The translations under genes were made by a program, and so were the position numbers. Shown one piece after another: positions 1 to 9,424 of a DNA stretch of 64,000 nucleotides (position 1 is the stretch's first letter; each line of letters opens with the position of its first letter). Source of the stretch: a bacterium (GTDB lineage: Bacteria; Calescibacteriota; Calescibacteriia; Calescibacteriales; Calescibacteriaceae); the NCBI GenBank assembly GCA_030550715.1, contig JAUQOU010000003.1, positions 18,180 to 82,179 of the forward strand, given 5' to 3'. The notes under the pieces are model-generated. The model was not told the DNA's origin, ran no database searches, and saw only the letters and a list, made by a program, of their open reading frames with translations.

Positions 1-90
1 GGTATTTTAAGAGAAAAATATAACAGCATTTTTCCATCTGTAATACTTCACGCTGTTGGAAATTTTTTTGTTATGTTTGTTGCAGGTTGA
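1..90 (+). CDS. 3' end of a CPBP/Abi-type intramembrane protease-like gene (partial, 5' end outside window)
   Basis: Frame 1 is open from base 1 to TGA at 88-90. The peptide GILREKYNSIFPSVILHAVGNFFVMFVAG carries a hydrophobic H-x-x-x-N motif (HAVGN) like the last conserved motif of CPBP family proteins. Only 29 codons are visible, so this is weak. Confidence 0.35.
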   Translation, partial: GILREKYNSIFPSVILHAVGNFFVMFVAG

Positions 91-151
91 TAAGAATTCT
101 CTCTTACGCTCTCAATTCAAAACAGCATTTTACAAAGGGTTGATAACATTT

Positions 152-3100
152 TTATTTTGTATCAATTTTGACTTTTAATTTCTTTCTTAATAACTTTTCT
201 GGAATTTTCATGAATATGTAGTACATTGTAGGCATAAGGAAAAGGGTGAAAAATGAAGAGTATATAAGCCCACCAATTGTAGGAACCGCAAAATCTCTTC
301 CTCCTACGAGAGTTTCAGAACTACCGAAGATAGAAGGGAAAACTCCTAAAATTGTTGTCAAAGATGTCATAAGAATTGGTCTTAATCTCTCACCTCCACC
401 TTCAATTAACGCTCCTACAAGGTCTAAATTTTCTTCTCTATATTTTTTCTGAATAACCTCGAGCAAAACTATCCCGTTGTTCACAATTACTCCCGCAAGA
501 AGGAAAGTAGATATAAAAGATAGAAGAGAAAGAGGAATACCAGTGAGGAAGAGAGCTAAAAATACACCAGCAATAGCAAGAGGTATAGTAAATAGAATTA
601 TAAACGGCAGAGAGAAAGATTCAAGTATAACAACCATGGAAGCAAAATCAAGAAATATGGCAAGACCAAAGATAGCTAAAACAGAGGAAAAAGTTTGACC
701 AAACTCCTGAACAGAACCACCAAAGTCAACCCTCACATCTGGGAAATTTTTCTCAACAAGAGATTTTAATTTCTGAGCTGCAACAAAATCGCTTTCAGCA
801 GTGTCAACAGAAATAATTCCAACTCTAAAACTGTTTATTCTCTGAATCTCAGATGGAGACAATCCCCATCTTATCCTGGCTATATCTGAAAGATGAACAT
901 ATCCATCTTGGAGAACAATGGGGGACTTCACTGGAATTCTAAGAAAACTTTCAAGGTCAATTTCTCTTCCTTCTTTTGTCCTTATGAAAACATCCATATT
1001 TAATCCGTTCAAGGTCACCGTACCAATCTGCGTTCCTGTTATAAGAGTTGAGAGGAAGTCGCCTAAATATGCAGGAGAAAAACCAAGCGACTTACCGTAA
1101 TCCCAAAGTGTAAGCTGAAGTTCTGGGACAGGTTCTCCAATTTCAATATCTGCTGCACGGACAAAATCAAGACCTCTTATAAAGTTTCTTATCTCTTTCA
1201 ATCTTTCAAGAAACTTCAAGTAATTCTCCTCAGCCAAATCTGAGTAAACTTGCATCTCAATACCTCTTGATTGTCCGAATATGAAAAGGTTAACAGGATT
1301 AGCTGAGATTATTCTGAACTCTTCAACATTTGGGTCAGAAGAAATAACATCGGAGATAATTTTATAAGCATTGGCATAGCTTATTTCTTTGAATCTTATT
1401 CCTATGAGGATAAGGTTTTCTGCTTCTGTAAATCTCTGAGCTCTTCCGAAAGCTCTTCCAAAAGATGATTCTCCGTATCTTAAAAACATATACTCCACTT
1501 TTCCGGGCATTTTTTTATAGATTTCGTCTTTTATTTTGAAGGCGGTCTTTTCCGCGACATGCCAGCTTGCAGATTTATAGAGATAGACAAAAATTCTCAT
1601 ATCCTGTCCTTCCTGAACTCTGAGAAATTCCTTTTTAACTTTGGGAAAAAGCAAAATCGGTATAAAACCAACAGAAGATATAATTACAAGAGATATAAAT
1701 GGATGGTTGATTATAAGGCGGAGCGCTCTTTTATAACCTTTTTCAAGCCATTCCATAGGATAAGAAAACTCTTCTTTACCCAAAAGTTTAGAAGATAGAG
1801 CAGGAATAAGAGTCACTGCAACAAAAAGAGAAATTATAGAAGCTACGGTAATAACAAGAGCAAAGTCAAGGAAAAGATAAAAAGATATACCTTTGATAAA
1901 AACTATAGGCAGAAAGACGATGAAGTTTGTCACAGTAGAGCCAAGCAGAGGTATGAAAACATAATTTGCTCCATCTATAATTGCTCGTAAAAAAGGTTTG
2001 CCCTCACTTTGCCTTCTCTTTATACTTTCAAGAACGACTATTGAATTATCTATAACTATACCAGAAGAAGCTATGATAGCAGAAAGCGTTATTATATTCA
2101 GGGATCTGCCTAAAAAGTAAAGCGTAAGAATCGTGAAGAAAAGAGAAGTGGGAATAGATACAACCAAAATTACAAGCTCTCTTATTCTTCTTACAAACAC
2201 AAATGTTATTATTGAGATAGCTATAACAGAGTAGTAGATAGTAGTTTTCAACTCATCTATGGTCTTCCTTATAGAGTCAGCAAAATCAAGAAGAACTCTT
2301 ATCTTAACATCTGCTGGAAGCTCATTTGATATTTTCTGAAGGGATTTTTTGACTTCATCGCTCACCTCAACTATATTCGCCCCAGGTCTTTTTCTCACAA
2401 GGTATAAAAGCACCGTTTCTTGCTCTCCATCTGAACCGAAAAAATAAGAGCGTGAGGAATCTACATATCTACTTGAAACTTCTATCTCCGCAATATCCTT
2501 GAGTTTTATTGGTATTCCACCTCTTACAGCAACAACGATTTCTTTTGCATCATCTATACTTGAAAATTTACCTTTCACAGTAGCATAAACAGAGCTTTGA
2601 CCTCCCAAGCTTATTTTTCCTGCGGAAAAATCTCCATTATACTGTGCAATAGCATTTTTAACATCTAAAATTCCTATGTTGTATTTTCTCATCTTTTCAG
2701 GATCAACCCATATATTAAGATTTCTCTGAGCATCTGCCAAAATCAATGTGCCACCAACTCCAGGCAAACTTGAAATATAAGGAGAAACAGTTCTATCAAG
2801 AATATTGTATAGCCCCGCTCTATCTCTTTTACCCGTAACTCCAAGGAAAAGTACAGGAAAAGTAGAAGAAGTAAATCTGAGAACAGCAAACTGGATATTT
2901 GGATCTGTAATTGTTCTCTTTAAAAATTCGAGTCGTTCGTTTATTCTCTGGACAGCAAAGTCAAGATTTTCTCCTACTCTGAACTTCACTTGAACAACAG
3001 CTACTCCCTGCTCGCATATAGACCTTATTTCTTCTACTCCTTCAACTACTTTAATTTGTTCCTCAACATATTTTACAACCTGCTGCTCTATCTGTTCAGG

Positions 3101-3283
3101 AGAAGCACTTTGATAAGTTATGGCAACAGAAACATACGGTGCTTCAACGGGGGGCAATATATCAACGGGTATAAGTTTGAGAGCAAAAAGAGCAAGAACG
3201 ATAAAGGAAACATATATTATTGTTATCCCTCTTAACCTTGAAACAGAAATCTGAGGAAGATTCATAATTTTTATGTTAATCAC
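152..3283 (-). CDS. RND family efflux transporter, inner-membrane permease (AcrB/HAE-like)
   Basis: 1043-aa ORF. An N-terminal TM helix is followed by a large loop (ITIIYVSFIVLALFALKLIPVDILPPVEAPYVSVAITYQSASPEQIEQQV), and length and hydrophobic blocks are typical of AcrB-type pumps. The adaptor gene lies 77 bp away on the other strand. Confidence 0.9.
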   Translation of the reverse strand: MINIKIMNLPQISVSRLRGITIIYVSFIVLALFALKLIPVDILPPVEAPYVSVAITYQSASPEQIEQQVVKYVEEQIKVVEGVEEIRSICEQGVAVVQVKFRVGENLDFAVQRINERLEFLKRTITDPNIQFAVLRFTSSTFPVLFLGVTGKRDRAGLYNILDRTVSPYISSLPGVGGTLILADAQRNLNIWVDPEKMRKYNIGILDVKNAIAQYNGDFSAGKISLGGQSSVYATVKGKFSSIDDAKEIVVAVRGGIPIKLKDIAEIEVSSRYVDSSRSYFFGSDGEQETVLLYLVRKRPGANIVEVSDEVKKSLQKISNELPADVKIRVLLDFADSIRKTIDELKTTIYYSVIAISIITFVFVRRIRELVILVVSIPTSLFFTILTLYFLGRSLNIITLSAIIASSGIVIDNSIVVLESIKRRQSEGKPFLRAIIDGANYVFIPLLGSTVTNFIVFLPIVFIKGISFYLFLDFALVITVASIISLFVAVTLIPALSSKLLGKEEFSYPMEWLEKGYKRALRLIINHPFISLVIISSVGFIPILLFPKVKKEFLRVQEGQDMRIFVYLYKSASWHVAEKTAFKIKDEIYKKMPGKVEYMFLRYGESSFGRAFGRAQRFTEAENLILIGIRFKEISYANAYKIISDVISSDPNVEEFRIISANPVNLFIFGQSRGIEMQVYSDLAEENYLKFLERLKEIRNFIRGLDFVRAADIEIGEPVPELQLTLWDYGKSLGFSPAYLGDFLSTLITGTQIGTVTLNGLNMDVFIRTKEGREIDLESFLRIPVKSPIVLQDGYVHLSDIARIRWGLSPSEIQRINSFRVGIISVDTAESDFVAAQKLKSLVEKNFPDVRVDFGGSVQEFGQTFSSVLAIFGLAIFLDFASMVVILESFSLPFIILFTIPLAIAGVFLALFLTGIPLSLLSFISTFLLAGVIVNNGIVLLEVIQKKYREENLDLVGALIEGGGERLRPILMTSLTTILGVFPSIFGSSETLVGGRDFAVPTIGGLIYSSFFTLFLMPTMYYIFMKIPEKLLRKKLKVKIDTK

Positions 3284-3360
3284 CGAAAAATATCCACGCG
3301 AAAATTCAAAAAAAGACGAAAAAATAGTTTTTTAGTTTTGAAGGCAATAATACCATAATT

Positions 3361-4476
3361 ATGGTAAATTTCAGAAAATTCTTCTCAACTACTTTGGTGA
3401 TTTCACTTATCATCTCGTGTGGGAAAAAAAGAGAAGCAAAAAAAGAAGAGAACATTTTTGAAGGCAAAAAAAATGAAATAGGAGTATATGTTGTGAATCT
3501 TGAAAATCAAAAGAATTTTTCAGCTTACTTGATTTTCAGCGGTGTTGTTCAGTCAGAAAGAACATCTGAAATATCCTCAAAAGTAGCTGGAAGGATTGTA
3601 AAATTATATGCTGATATAGGAGATAGAGTAAAGGAAGGACAGATTCTGGCAAAGATAGATGATAAAGATTACAGGAACGCAGTAGAAAGAGCAAAATTTG
3701 ACCTTGAAAGAATAAAATCACAACTTGAACTTGCAAGAATAAACTTTGAAAGAGCGGAAAAACTCATCCAAACTAAATCTATACCTCAGGCAGAATATGA
3801 TTCGGCAAAATCAAATTATGAATCTTTGAAAGCAAGCTATGAACTTGCACAAAAAGCTCTTGAGAAAGCTCAAATAGACCTTGCAGAAACAAACATATTT
3901 TCACCATACGATGGTATAATAGTTGAAAAAAGAGCAGATGTGGGAACAGTTGTAAGCCCGCAAGTGCCTATTTTTATACTTCAAAGCACTAAAACGTATT
4001 TCCTCGGGAAAATAGCAGAACAAGACCTGCCAAAAATAAGAGTTGGTACGAAAGTAGAAATTGATTTTCCATCAATAAAAAGAACATTAGAAGGAAGGAT
4101 TATAAGCATAAAACCAACAGCTGATACATCAAAAAGTGGTTTTGAAGTAATAGTAGAACTGAAAGAAAGAGTCCCTCAGAACTTACAGGGGATAGCAAAA
4201 GTAAAGCTTAATATAGAGAATGAAATAGAGAACGGAAAGACGGGAAAAAGCGTATTCATTGTTCCGTACGAATCAATATACATTTCATCTGACGGAGAAT
4301 TTGTATTTGGAGTATCAGATGGGAAAGCAAAAAAAATAAAAGTCAACATCATTGAAAACCTGCAGGATTTTGCTCTCGTAGAAATTCCAGAAAAAATAAC
4401 TCAGATAATATCTCCAATAACAGATAGAATATTTGATGGGATAAAAGTCAAAATAATAGGCGAAAGAGAACTTTGA
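3361..4476 (+). CDS. RND efflux periplasmic adaptor (membrane fusion protein, HlyD/AcrA family), lipoprotein
   Basis: 371 aa with a lipobox LIISC at residues 16-20. Has a coiled-coil hairpin (RNAVERAKFDLERIKSQLELARINFERAEKL ... AEYDSAKSNYESLKASYELAQKALEKAQIDLAETNIFSPYDGII) and a beta-barrel segment typical of MFPs. Confidence 0.85.
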   Translation: MVNFRKFFSTTLVISLIISCGKKREAKKEENIFEGKKNEIGVYVVNLENQKNFSAYLIFSGVVQSERTSEISSKVAGRIVKLYADIGDRVKEGQILAKIDDKDYRNAVERAKFDLERIKSQLELARINFERAEKLIQTKSIPQAEYDSAKSNYESLKASYELAQKALEKAQIDLAETNIFSPYDGIIVEKRADVGTVVSPQVPIFILQSTKTYFLGKIAEQDLPKIRVGTKVEIDFPSIKRTLEGRIISIKPTADTSKSGFEVIVELKERVPQNLQGIAKVKLNIENEIENGKTGKSVFIVPYESIYISSDGEFVFGVSDGKAKKIKVNIIENLQDFALVEIPEKITQIISPITDRIFDGIKVKIIGEREL

Positions 4477-4484
4477 AAATAGTT

Positions 4485-6779
4485 TCAGATTATTTTCCCA
4501 AGTCCTAATATTTCTCCTTCCACAAGTTCTTTGCCCATAGCTTGTCTTGTCATCACAGGTATTTTTTTAGCAGAGAGGGTTTTGAAAGATAATTTACCAT
4601 CTTTTATGTAAGTGATACAAATTTCTGATTCTTCATTAGCAAAAATAGCATCTTTGACAGATCCCGCTTTTTCTGGTACAAGAATTATTCCCACTCCACC
4701 TTTGCTCTGAACTTTTAGGTCGGAGTATTTGACTGCTTTGATATATCTTTCGGTAGCAACAATAATTCTGTCGTCTTCTTCTGATTTAGATATGACGCAT
4801 AAGGCGGAATCTCCTTCTGAAAGCTCAATTGCCTTTGATACTCTTGAAGTAATCTCTGATTCCTCAACTCCAAGAATCATACCTCTTTTTGTTATAAAAA
4901 ATATTTTATCACCTTCGGAGCATTGAGTAGCATCTTTTATTTCATCTCCCTCTTGCAGTTCAAAAACAACCTCACCTCTTGCGGTCAAATCATACACTTC
5001 ACTCAACCTGAACTTTTTTGTAAGACCTTTTTTTGAAAGGAAGATAAGGAATTTATCTTCATCTGCTGGACCAACATAAACCACCTCTTCATCTTTTGAA
5101 AGTCTTATGAGCGACTTTATGGGAGTTCCTTTTTCAGCCCAGCTCTTTATTCTTGATATCTTCACCCTATAAACTTTTCCGAGATTGCTTACAACTGTAA
5201 AGTCCTCTGATGTGAAAAATATACTTCTTACAGGTATTCTTCTTATTCTCTCTGTCTTGCCAAAAACCCCTATGTAAAAATCAGGAGTGACAACAATCTT
5301 GAACTCTTGTGATATTGATTCAACATCTACCGGTGGATTTGCAGAAATTTCTGTTCTTCTCTGATCTCCGTATTTTTGTTTTATCTCTAAGATTTCCTCT
5401 TTTATAACCTTTCTCAGTTCTTTTTCATCTGACAGAATGAGTTTGAGCTTTGATATTTCTTGTTTCGTTTCGTTATAATCTTTAAGGAGTGCATCTCTTT
5501 CAAGTTTTGTAAGCTTCCCAAGTCGCATATCTAAAATAGCCTGAGCTTGTTCTTCTGAAAACCCGAATTTCTTCATCAGAGATGCTTTGGCAGATTGCTG
5601 GCTTTCAGAATTCCTTATCGTCTCTATGACACTATCAAGAACATCAATTGCTTTCAAATACCCCTCAAGAATGTGAAGATGCTTTTCTGCTCTTGCTAAC
5701 CTGAAATTTGTTCTTCTCAGAACGACATCTTTCCTCAGCTCTATAAAACTTTTGAGTATTTGCAAGAGGTTGACAGAGATCGGCTGAATACCATCTATAA
5801 CGAGCATATTGACAAAGAAGTTTTCTTTGAGCCCCGCTCTCTCATAAAGCTGAGCTATAATAGAATTGATGTCAGAATCAGACCTGATCTCAACAACTAT
5901 TCTTATCCCTCTTTTATCTGATTCATCAGCAACTCGCAAAATACCATCTATTATCTTCTCTGATGATAACTTTGCAATTCTTTCGACTATTTTTGATTTG
6001 TTCTGCTGGTAAGGGATTTCGTAAAACACAATCGATGTTGTTTTTCCATTTTTTTCTAACTTATACCTTGAGTAAATAGTAAATTGACCTTTACCTTCTT
6101 GATATATTTGTTTGAGGTCTCCGACAACTATTCCCCCCGTAGGGAAGTCCGGACCTTTTATGAACTTCATTATTTCTTCAAGTGTAGCATCTGGATTATC
6201 AAGCATGTATGAGATAGCATCTACGACCTCGGAAAGGTTATGAGGTGGTATAGAGGTGCTCATTCCGACCGCTATTCCCGATGTTCCATTCACAAGAATG
6301 TTCGGAAATCTTGCGGGAAGATACTTTGGTTCCATCAGGGTTTCGTCATAGTTTGGAACAAAATCAACAGTTTGCTCATAGATATCTTTCAGGAGTTCTT
6401 CTGCAATTGGAGCAAGTCGTCCTTCTGTATATCTCATCGCAGCTGGCTCATCTCCATCTATTGAACCAAAATTTCCCTGACCTTCAACAAGCGGATAACG
6501 CATAGTAAAATCCTGAGCCATTCTTACGAAAGCGTCGTAGACCGGCTTATCTCCGTGTGGATGATATTTTCCTATACAGCTTCCTACAATCTTCGCACTC
6601 TTTCTGAACTGAGATTTTGATGTAACCCCTTCTTCCCACATAGTCCAGATTATTCTTCGTTGAACTGGCTTCAATCCGTCTCTTATATCGGGAATTGCTC
6701 TTCCTATTATAACACTAAGGGAATAGCTAAGATAAGAAGACACAAGCTCCTTTTCTATCAAGACATTCTGGATAGCCAT
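4485..6779 (-). CDS. parC: Type IIA DNA topoisomerase subunit A (GyrA/ParC family; ParC-like, no GyrA box seen)
   Basis: 764 aa with GRAIPDIRDGLKPVQRRI, GKYHPHGD and the catalytic Tyr motif AAMRYTE. The C-terminal beta-pinwheel region has no QRRGGKG-type GyrA box. KPVQRR is the ParC form, whereas GyrA has KPVHRR. Confidence 0.85.
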   Translation of the reverse strand: MAIQNVLIEKELVSSYLSYSLSVIIGRAIPDIRDGLKPVQRRIIWTMWEEGVTSKSQFRKSAKIVGSCIGKYHPHGDKPVYDAFVRMAQDFTMRYPLVEGQGNFGSIDGDEPAAMRYTEGRLAPIAEELLKDIYEQTVDFVPNYDETLMEPKYLPARFPNILVNGTSGIAVGMSTSIPPHNLSEVVDAISYMLDNPDATLEEIMKFIKGPDFPTGGIVVGDLKQIYQEGKGQFTIYSRYKLEKNGKTTSIVFYEIPYQQNKSKIVERIAKLSSEKIIDGILRVADESDKRGIRIVVEIRSDSDINSIIAQLYERAGLKENFFVNMLVIDGIQPISVNLLQILKSFIELRKDVVLRRTNFRLARAEKHLHILEGYLKAIDVLDSVIETIRNSESQQSAKASLMKKFGFSEEQAQAILDMRLGKLTKLERDALLKDYNETKQEISKLKLILSDEKELRKVIKEEILEIKQKYGDQRRTEISANPPVDVESISQEFKIVVTPDFYIGVFGKTERIRRIPVRSIFFTSEDFTVVSNLGKVYRVKISRIKSWAEKGTPIKSLIRLSKDEEVVYVGPADEDKFLIFLSKKGLTKKFRLSEVYDLTARGEVVFELQEGDEIKDATQCSEGDKIFFITKRGMILGVEESEITSRVSKAIELSEGDSALCVISKSEEDDRIIVATERYIKAVKYSDLKVQSKGGVGIILVPEKAGSVKDAIFANEESEICITYIKDGKLSFKTLSAKKIPVMTRQAMGKELVEGEILGLGKII

Positions 6780-6825
6780 ATTTTCAATTTTAAAATTCTA
6801 CATGATAAAGTTTGAATTTGTAATT

Positions 6826-7662
6826 TCATTTGTTCTTATCTTTCTGCGTTTGGGAATTTTCTCTGATAAAGATAAGTTCTTTCCAGAAAATGTTTTTACT
6901 TATAGAATTAGCAAAAATCAGAGCAAATTTTCTGTTCAAAAAAAGAGAGATTTTCGCTTCAACCTTTTCTATATTGAGGTTCATTATAAAATCAAAAAAC
7001 TTTTTTATGATGACAAAAGATGGGATTTTATCTGAAAAGAGGATCATAAATTTTGCGGTTTTTTCTTGTGGGAATATTTTTGAGCCGGTAAATCCCCATC
7101 CATAGTCAGAATGAACTACCGCAAAAGCTCCTTCAAGCAAGATTTCTTCTATCCACCTTCTATATATTTTCTCTGCCCAAGGAAAATTTCTATAACTTGA
7201 TACTTCTTTCAATTTTCTTGCTCCTTCAATTTCCAAAAGTTTAAGAATATGGTTAATTTTCCCGCAAGAGATAGTATTTCCATTATAGAAAAAATCAAAG
7301 CAAAGTTTCTTCCATTTATCGATCTCCAAGTCAAGCCGGATTGTTTTCAGATTAACAATTAAGCATATTTTCTCATCAACAAAAGAAAATCCCATCATCT
7401 CAATTTCTCGTTTCAGAAAATCCTGAAAGCTGACTGAAAAATCTAATGTAGAACTGAAAGCGGAGTAAATTTTTTTACTTTTCAGGTTATCGGAGTTTAT
7501 GGGTATTTTCAGGCGCAGAACGACACAGTCAAATAATTCAGATTCTTCGTTTAAATTTTGCAAAAACGAGCGGTTCAAACGATAATAATTTGCGAGGTCA
7601 AAAAGAACTTCTCCCCATTTCAAACCCGTAGCAACACTTTCCCACGCCTTGAATTCTATCAT
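6826..7662 (-). CDS. Hypothetical protein (no motif recognised)
   Basis: 278-aa ORF on the same strand, 46 bp upstream of the topoisomerase gene. Its composition matches neighbouring genes. I recognise no family. Confidence 0.55.
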   Translation of the reverse strand: MIEFKAWESVATGLKWGEVLFDLANYYRLNRSFLQNLNEESELFDCVVLRLKIPINSDNLKSKKIYSAFSSTLDFSVSFQDFLKREIEMMGFSFVDEKICLIVNLKTIRLDLEIDKWKKLCFDFFYNGNTISCGKINHILKLLEIEGARKLKEVSSYRNFPWAEKIYRRWIEEILLEGAFAVVHSDYGWGFTGSKIFPQEKTAKFMILFSDKIPSFVIIKKFFDFIMNLNIEKVEAKISLFLNRKFALIFANSISKNIFWKELIFIRENSQTQKDKNK

Positions 7663-7753
7663 CTGAAATTATATTATTCAGCATAGAGTAAGTTTTGTAT
7701 AAATATGAGCTACTTCTGGCTAAAACTATAAGTTCTTTAGGAAGGAAATTATA

Positions 7754-8353
7754 TTATTTTGTTTTCACATTTTCGTAGCGATTTAAGACAACTTTCCAAT
7801 CTATCGCTTTGAAGAATGCTTCTATGTAATCCGCCCTTTTGAGACCATAATCGATCATATAAGCGTGTTCAAATACATCCATAATAAGTATTATGCTACA
7901 GGTTGAGAGGTGTCCTACATCGTGTTCATTTATCCATGTGTTGAAAAGTTTATCTGCAACTGGGTCATAGTAAAGAGCTGCCCAACCTATACCTCTCATA
8001 GCACCCGTTGCCTTAAAATCCTTCTCCCATACTTCAAAAGAACCAAAATCTTGAATTATCTTTTTGAAGAGAGATGAACCTTCTGGGAAATCGACTTTTT
8101 CTTTTGTCATATTCTCAAAGTAAAGTTCATGCAACCTCATTCCGTTGAATTCCCATCCAAACCTTCTTTTGAGTTCAGCATAAGCAGGAGTGCCAGCTTT
8201 ACCCTCCTTTGTCATAGCTGAAAGCTCTTCAATAAGCTTATTTGTGTTTGTGACATATCCCTGATAAAGCGTGAAGTGATTTTTCAGAAGCTGATCTGAA
8301 AAACCCGGAGTGCCTAAAAGATGGTCAAAGTTCTTTGCCTGATACACAGCCAT
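7754..8353 (-). CDS. Fe/Mn superoxide dismutase
   Basis: 199 aa. Metal-ligand contexts are present: NHFTLYQGYV, FNGMRLHELYF and DVFEHAYMIDYG. A strong SD (AAGGAGG) lies 9 nt upstream of the ATG. Confidence 0.9.
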   Translation of the reverse strand: MAVYQAKNFDHLLGTPGFSDQLLKNHFTLYQGYVTNTNKLIEELSAMTKEGKAGTPAYAELKRRFGWEFNGMRLHELYFENMTKEKVDFPEGSSLFKKIIQDFGSFEVWEKDFKATGAMRGIGWAALYYDPVADKLFNTWINEHDVGHLSTCSIILIMDVFEHAYMIDYGLKRADYIEAFFKAIDWKVVLNRYENVKTK

Positions 8354-8502
8354 GATCTAAAACCTCCTTTTAATTTTTCAAGCTTGAAACGAAACGAAAT
8401 CATTTTATTATTGCGATATTTTTCTTGTGTTTTCAAAATAGCAGGAAAATTTTTCAAGTAGGAAAAAAGTTCAATTAAGGTATTGGTTTATAGTAAGTTT
8501 TT

Positions 8503-9300
8503 TTAAGCTGTGGATCCGCCATCTATCACAAAAACCGCACCAGTTATGTAAGATGCTTTTTCTGATGCAAGAAAAACTATAAGGTCAGCAACCTCATTTG
8601 GTTCCCCGACTCTTCCAAGAGGAATACGAAGGAGAGGATTGCTCTCCTCCGATTTACCGCCGCTTTCAAATAAATCTACGAGAACAGATGAGAATTTAGT
8701 TCTTATAAGTCCGGGAGCAACTGCGTTCACTCTTATACCGAATCCAGCAAGTTCAACAGCCATAGTTCTCGTAAGAGATATCAAGCCAGCTTTTGCTACC
8801 GCATAAGCACCAAGTCCCGGTGTTGCTCTCAAACCGGCAACAGAAGCGACATTAATTATACAACCTTTTATGTTTTTCTCTATCATTCGTCTTGCGACCT
8901 CACGGCTCGCCACAAAGTTCCCCGTCAAACTCACACTTATTATTTTCTCCCAGAGCTCATCTTCTACCTGATGTAGCGGAGATATTGTAGGATTTGTAGC
9001 AGAGTTATTAACGAGTATATCTATTTTACCGAATCTTTCCCAGCAAACCTCAACAGCTTTTTTGACCTCTTCTGGCTTCCCACTGTGAGCAGGAAAAAAA
9101 TGAATATCATAATCTACTCCTTTTTGAAGTCCAAGATTTCGGAGATGATTTACTATTTTCTCTGATGCTTCTTTAAGGTTTTCTTCTTTTCGCGATGTTA
9201 TAAAGACCTTTGCGGAAAGCTCACAGAATTTTTTAGCGGTCTCAAAACCTATTCCCCGAGAAGCAGCACTTATAAAAACAACCTTATCTTTGAAATCCAT
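8503..9300 (-). CDS. Short-chain dehydrogenase/reductase (SDR) family oxidoreductase
   Basis: 265 aa with the cofactor motif [13 protein letters not shown], the catalytic YAVAKAG (YxxxK) and PGLIRT. Confidence 0.85.
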   Translation of the reverse strand: MDFKDKVVFISAASRGIGFETAKKFCELSAKVFITSRKEENLKEASEKIVNHLRNLGLQKGVDYDIHFFPAHSGKPEEVKKAVEVCWERFGKIDILVNNSATNPTISPLHQVEDELWEKIISVSLTGNFVASREVARRMIEKNIKGCIINVASVAGLRATPGLGAYAVAKAGLISLTRTMAVELAGFGIRVNAVAPGLIRTKFSSVLVDLFESGGKSEESNPLLRIPLGRVGEPNEVADLIVFLASEKASYITGAVFVIDGGSTA

Positions 9301-9424
9301 AACAAAAAAGATAAAGCAAAGACGAAAAAATTTTCATCAGCAGAAAAAATTTCAAAGGGTAAGTTGTGAGATGTTAAGTTCGCAAAAAGTTTTTACTTCA
9401 AAAGCGCGATTAATCTAAAATTAA

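Noticed and set aside
8354-8502. A Fur/PerR-like box upstream of the superoxide dismutase gene (AATCATTTTATTATTGCGATA) and the duplicated AATTTTTCAAG motif.
   Set aside because: There is only partial resemblance to the 7-1-7 Fur/PerR consensus, and the inverted symmetry is not preserved. AT-rich spacers generate such near-matches easily.
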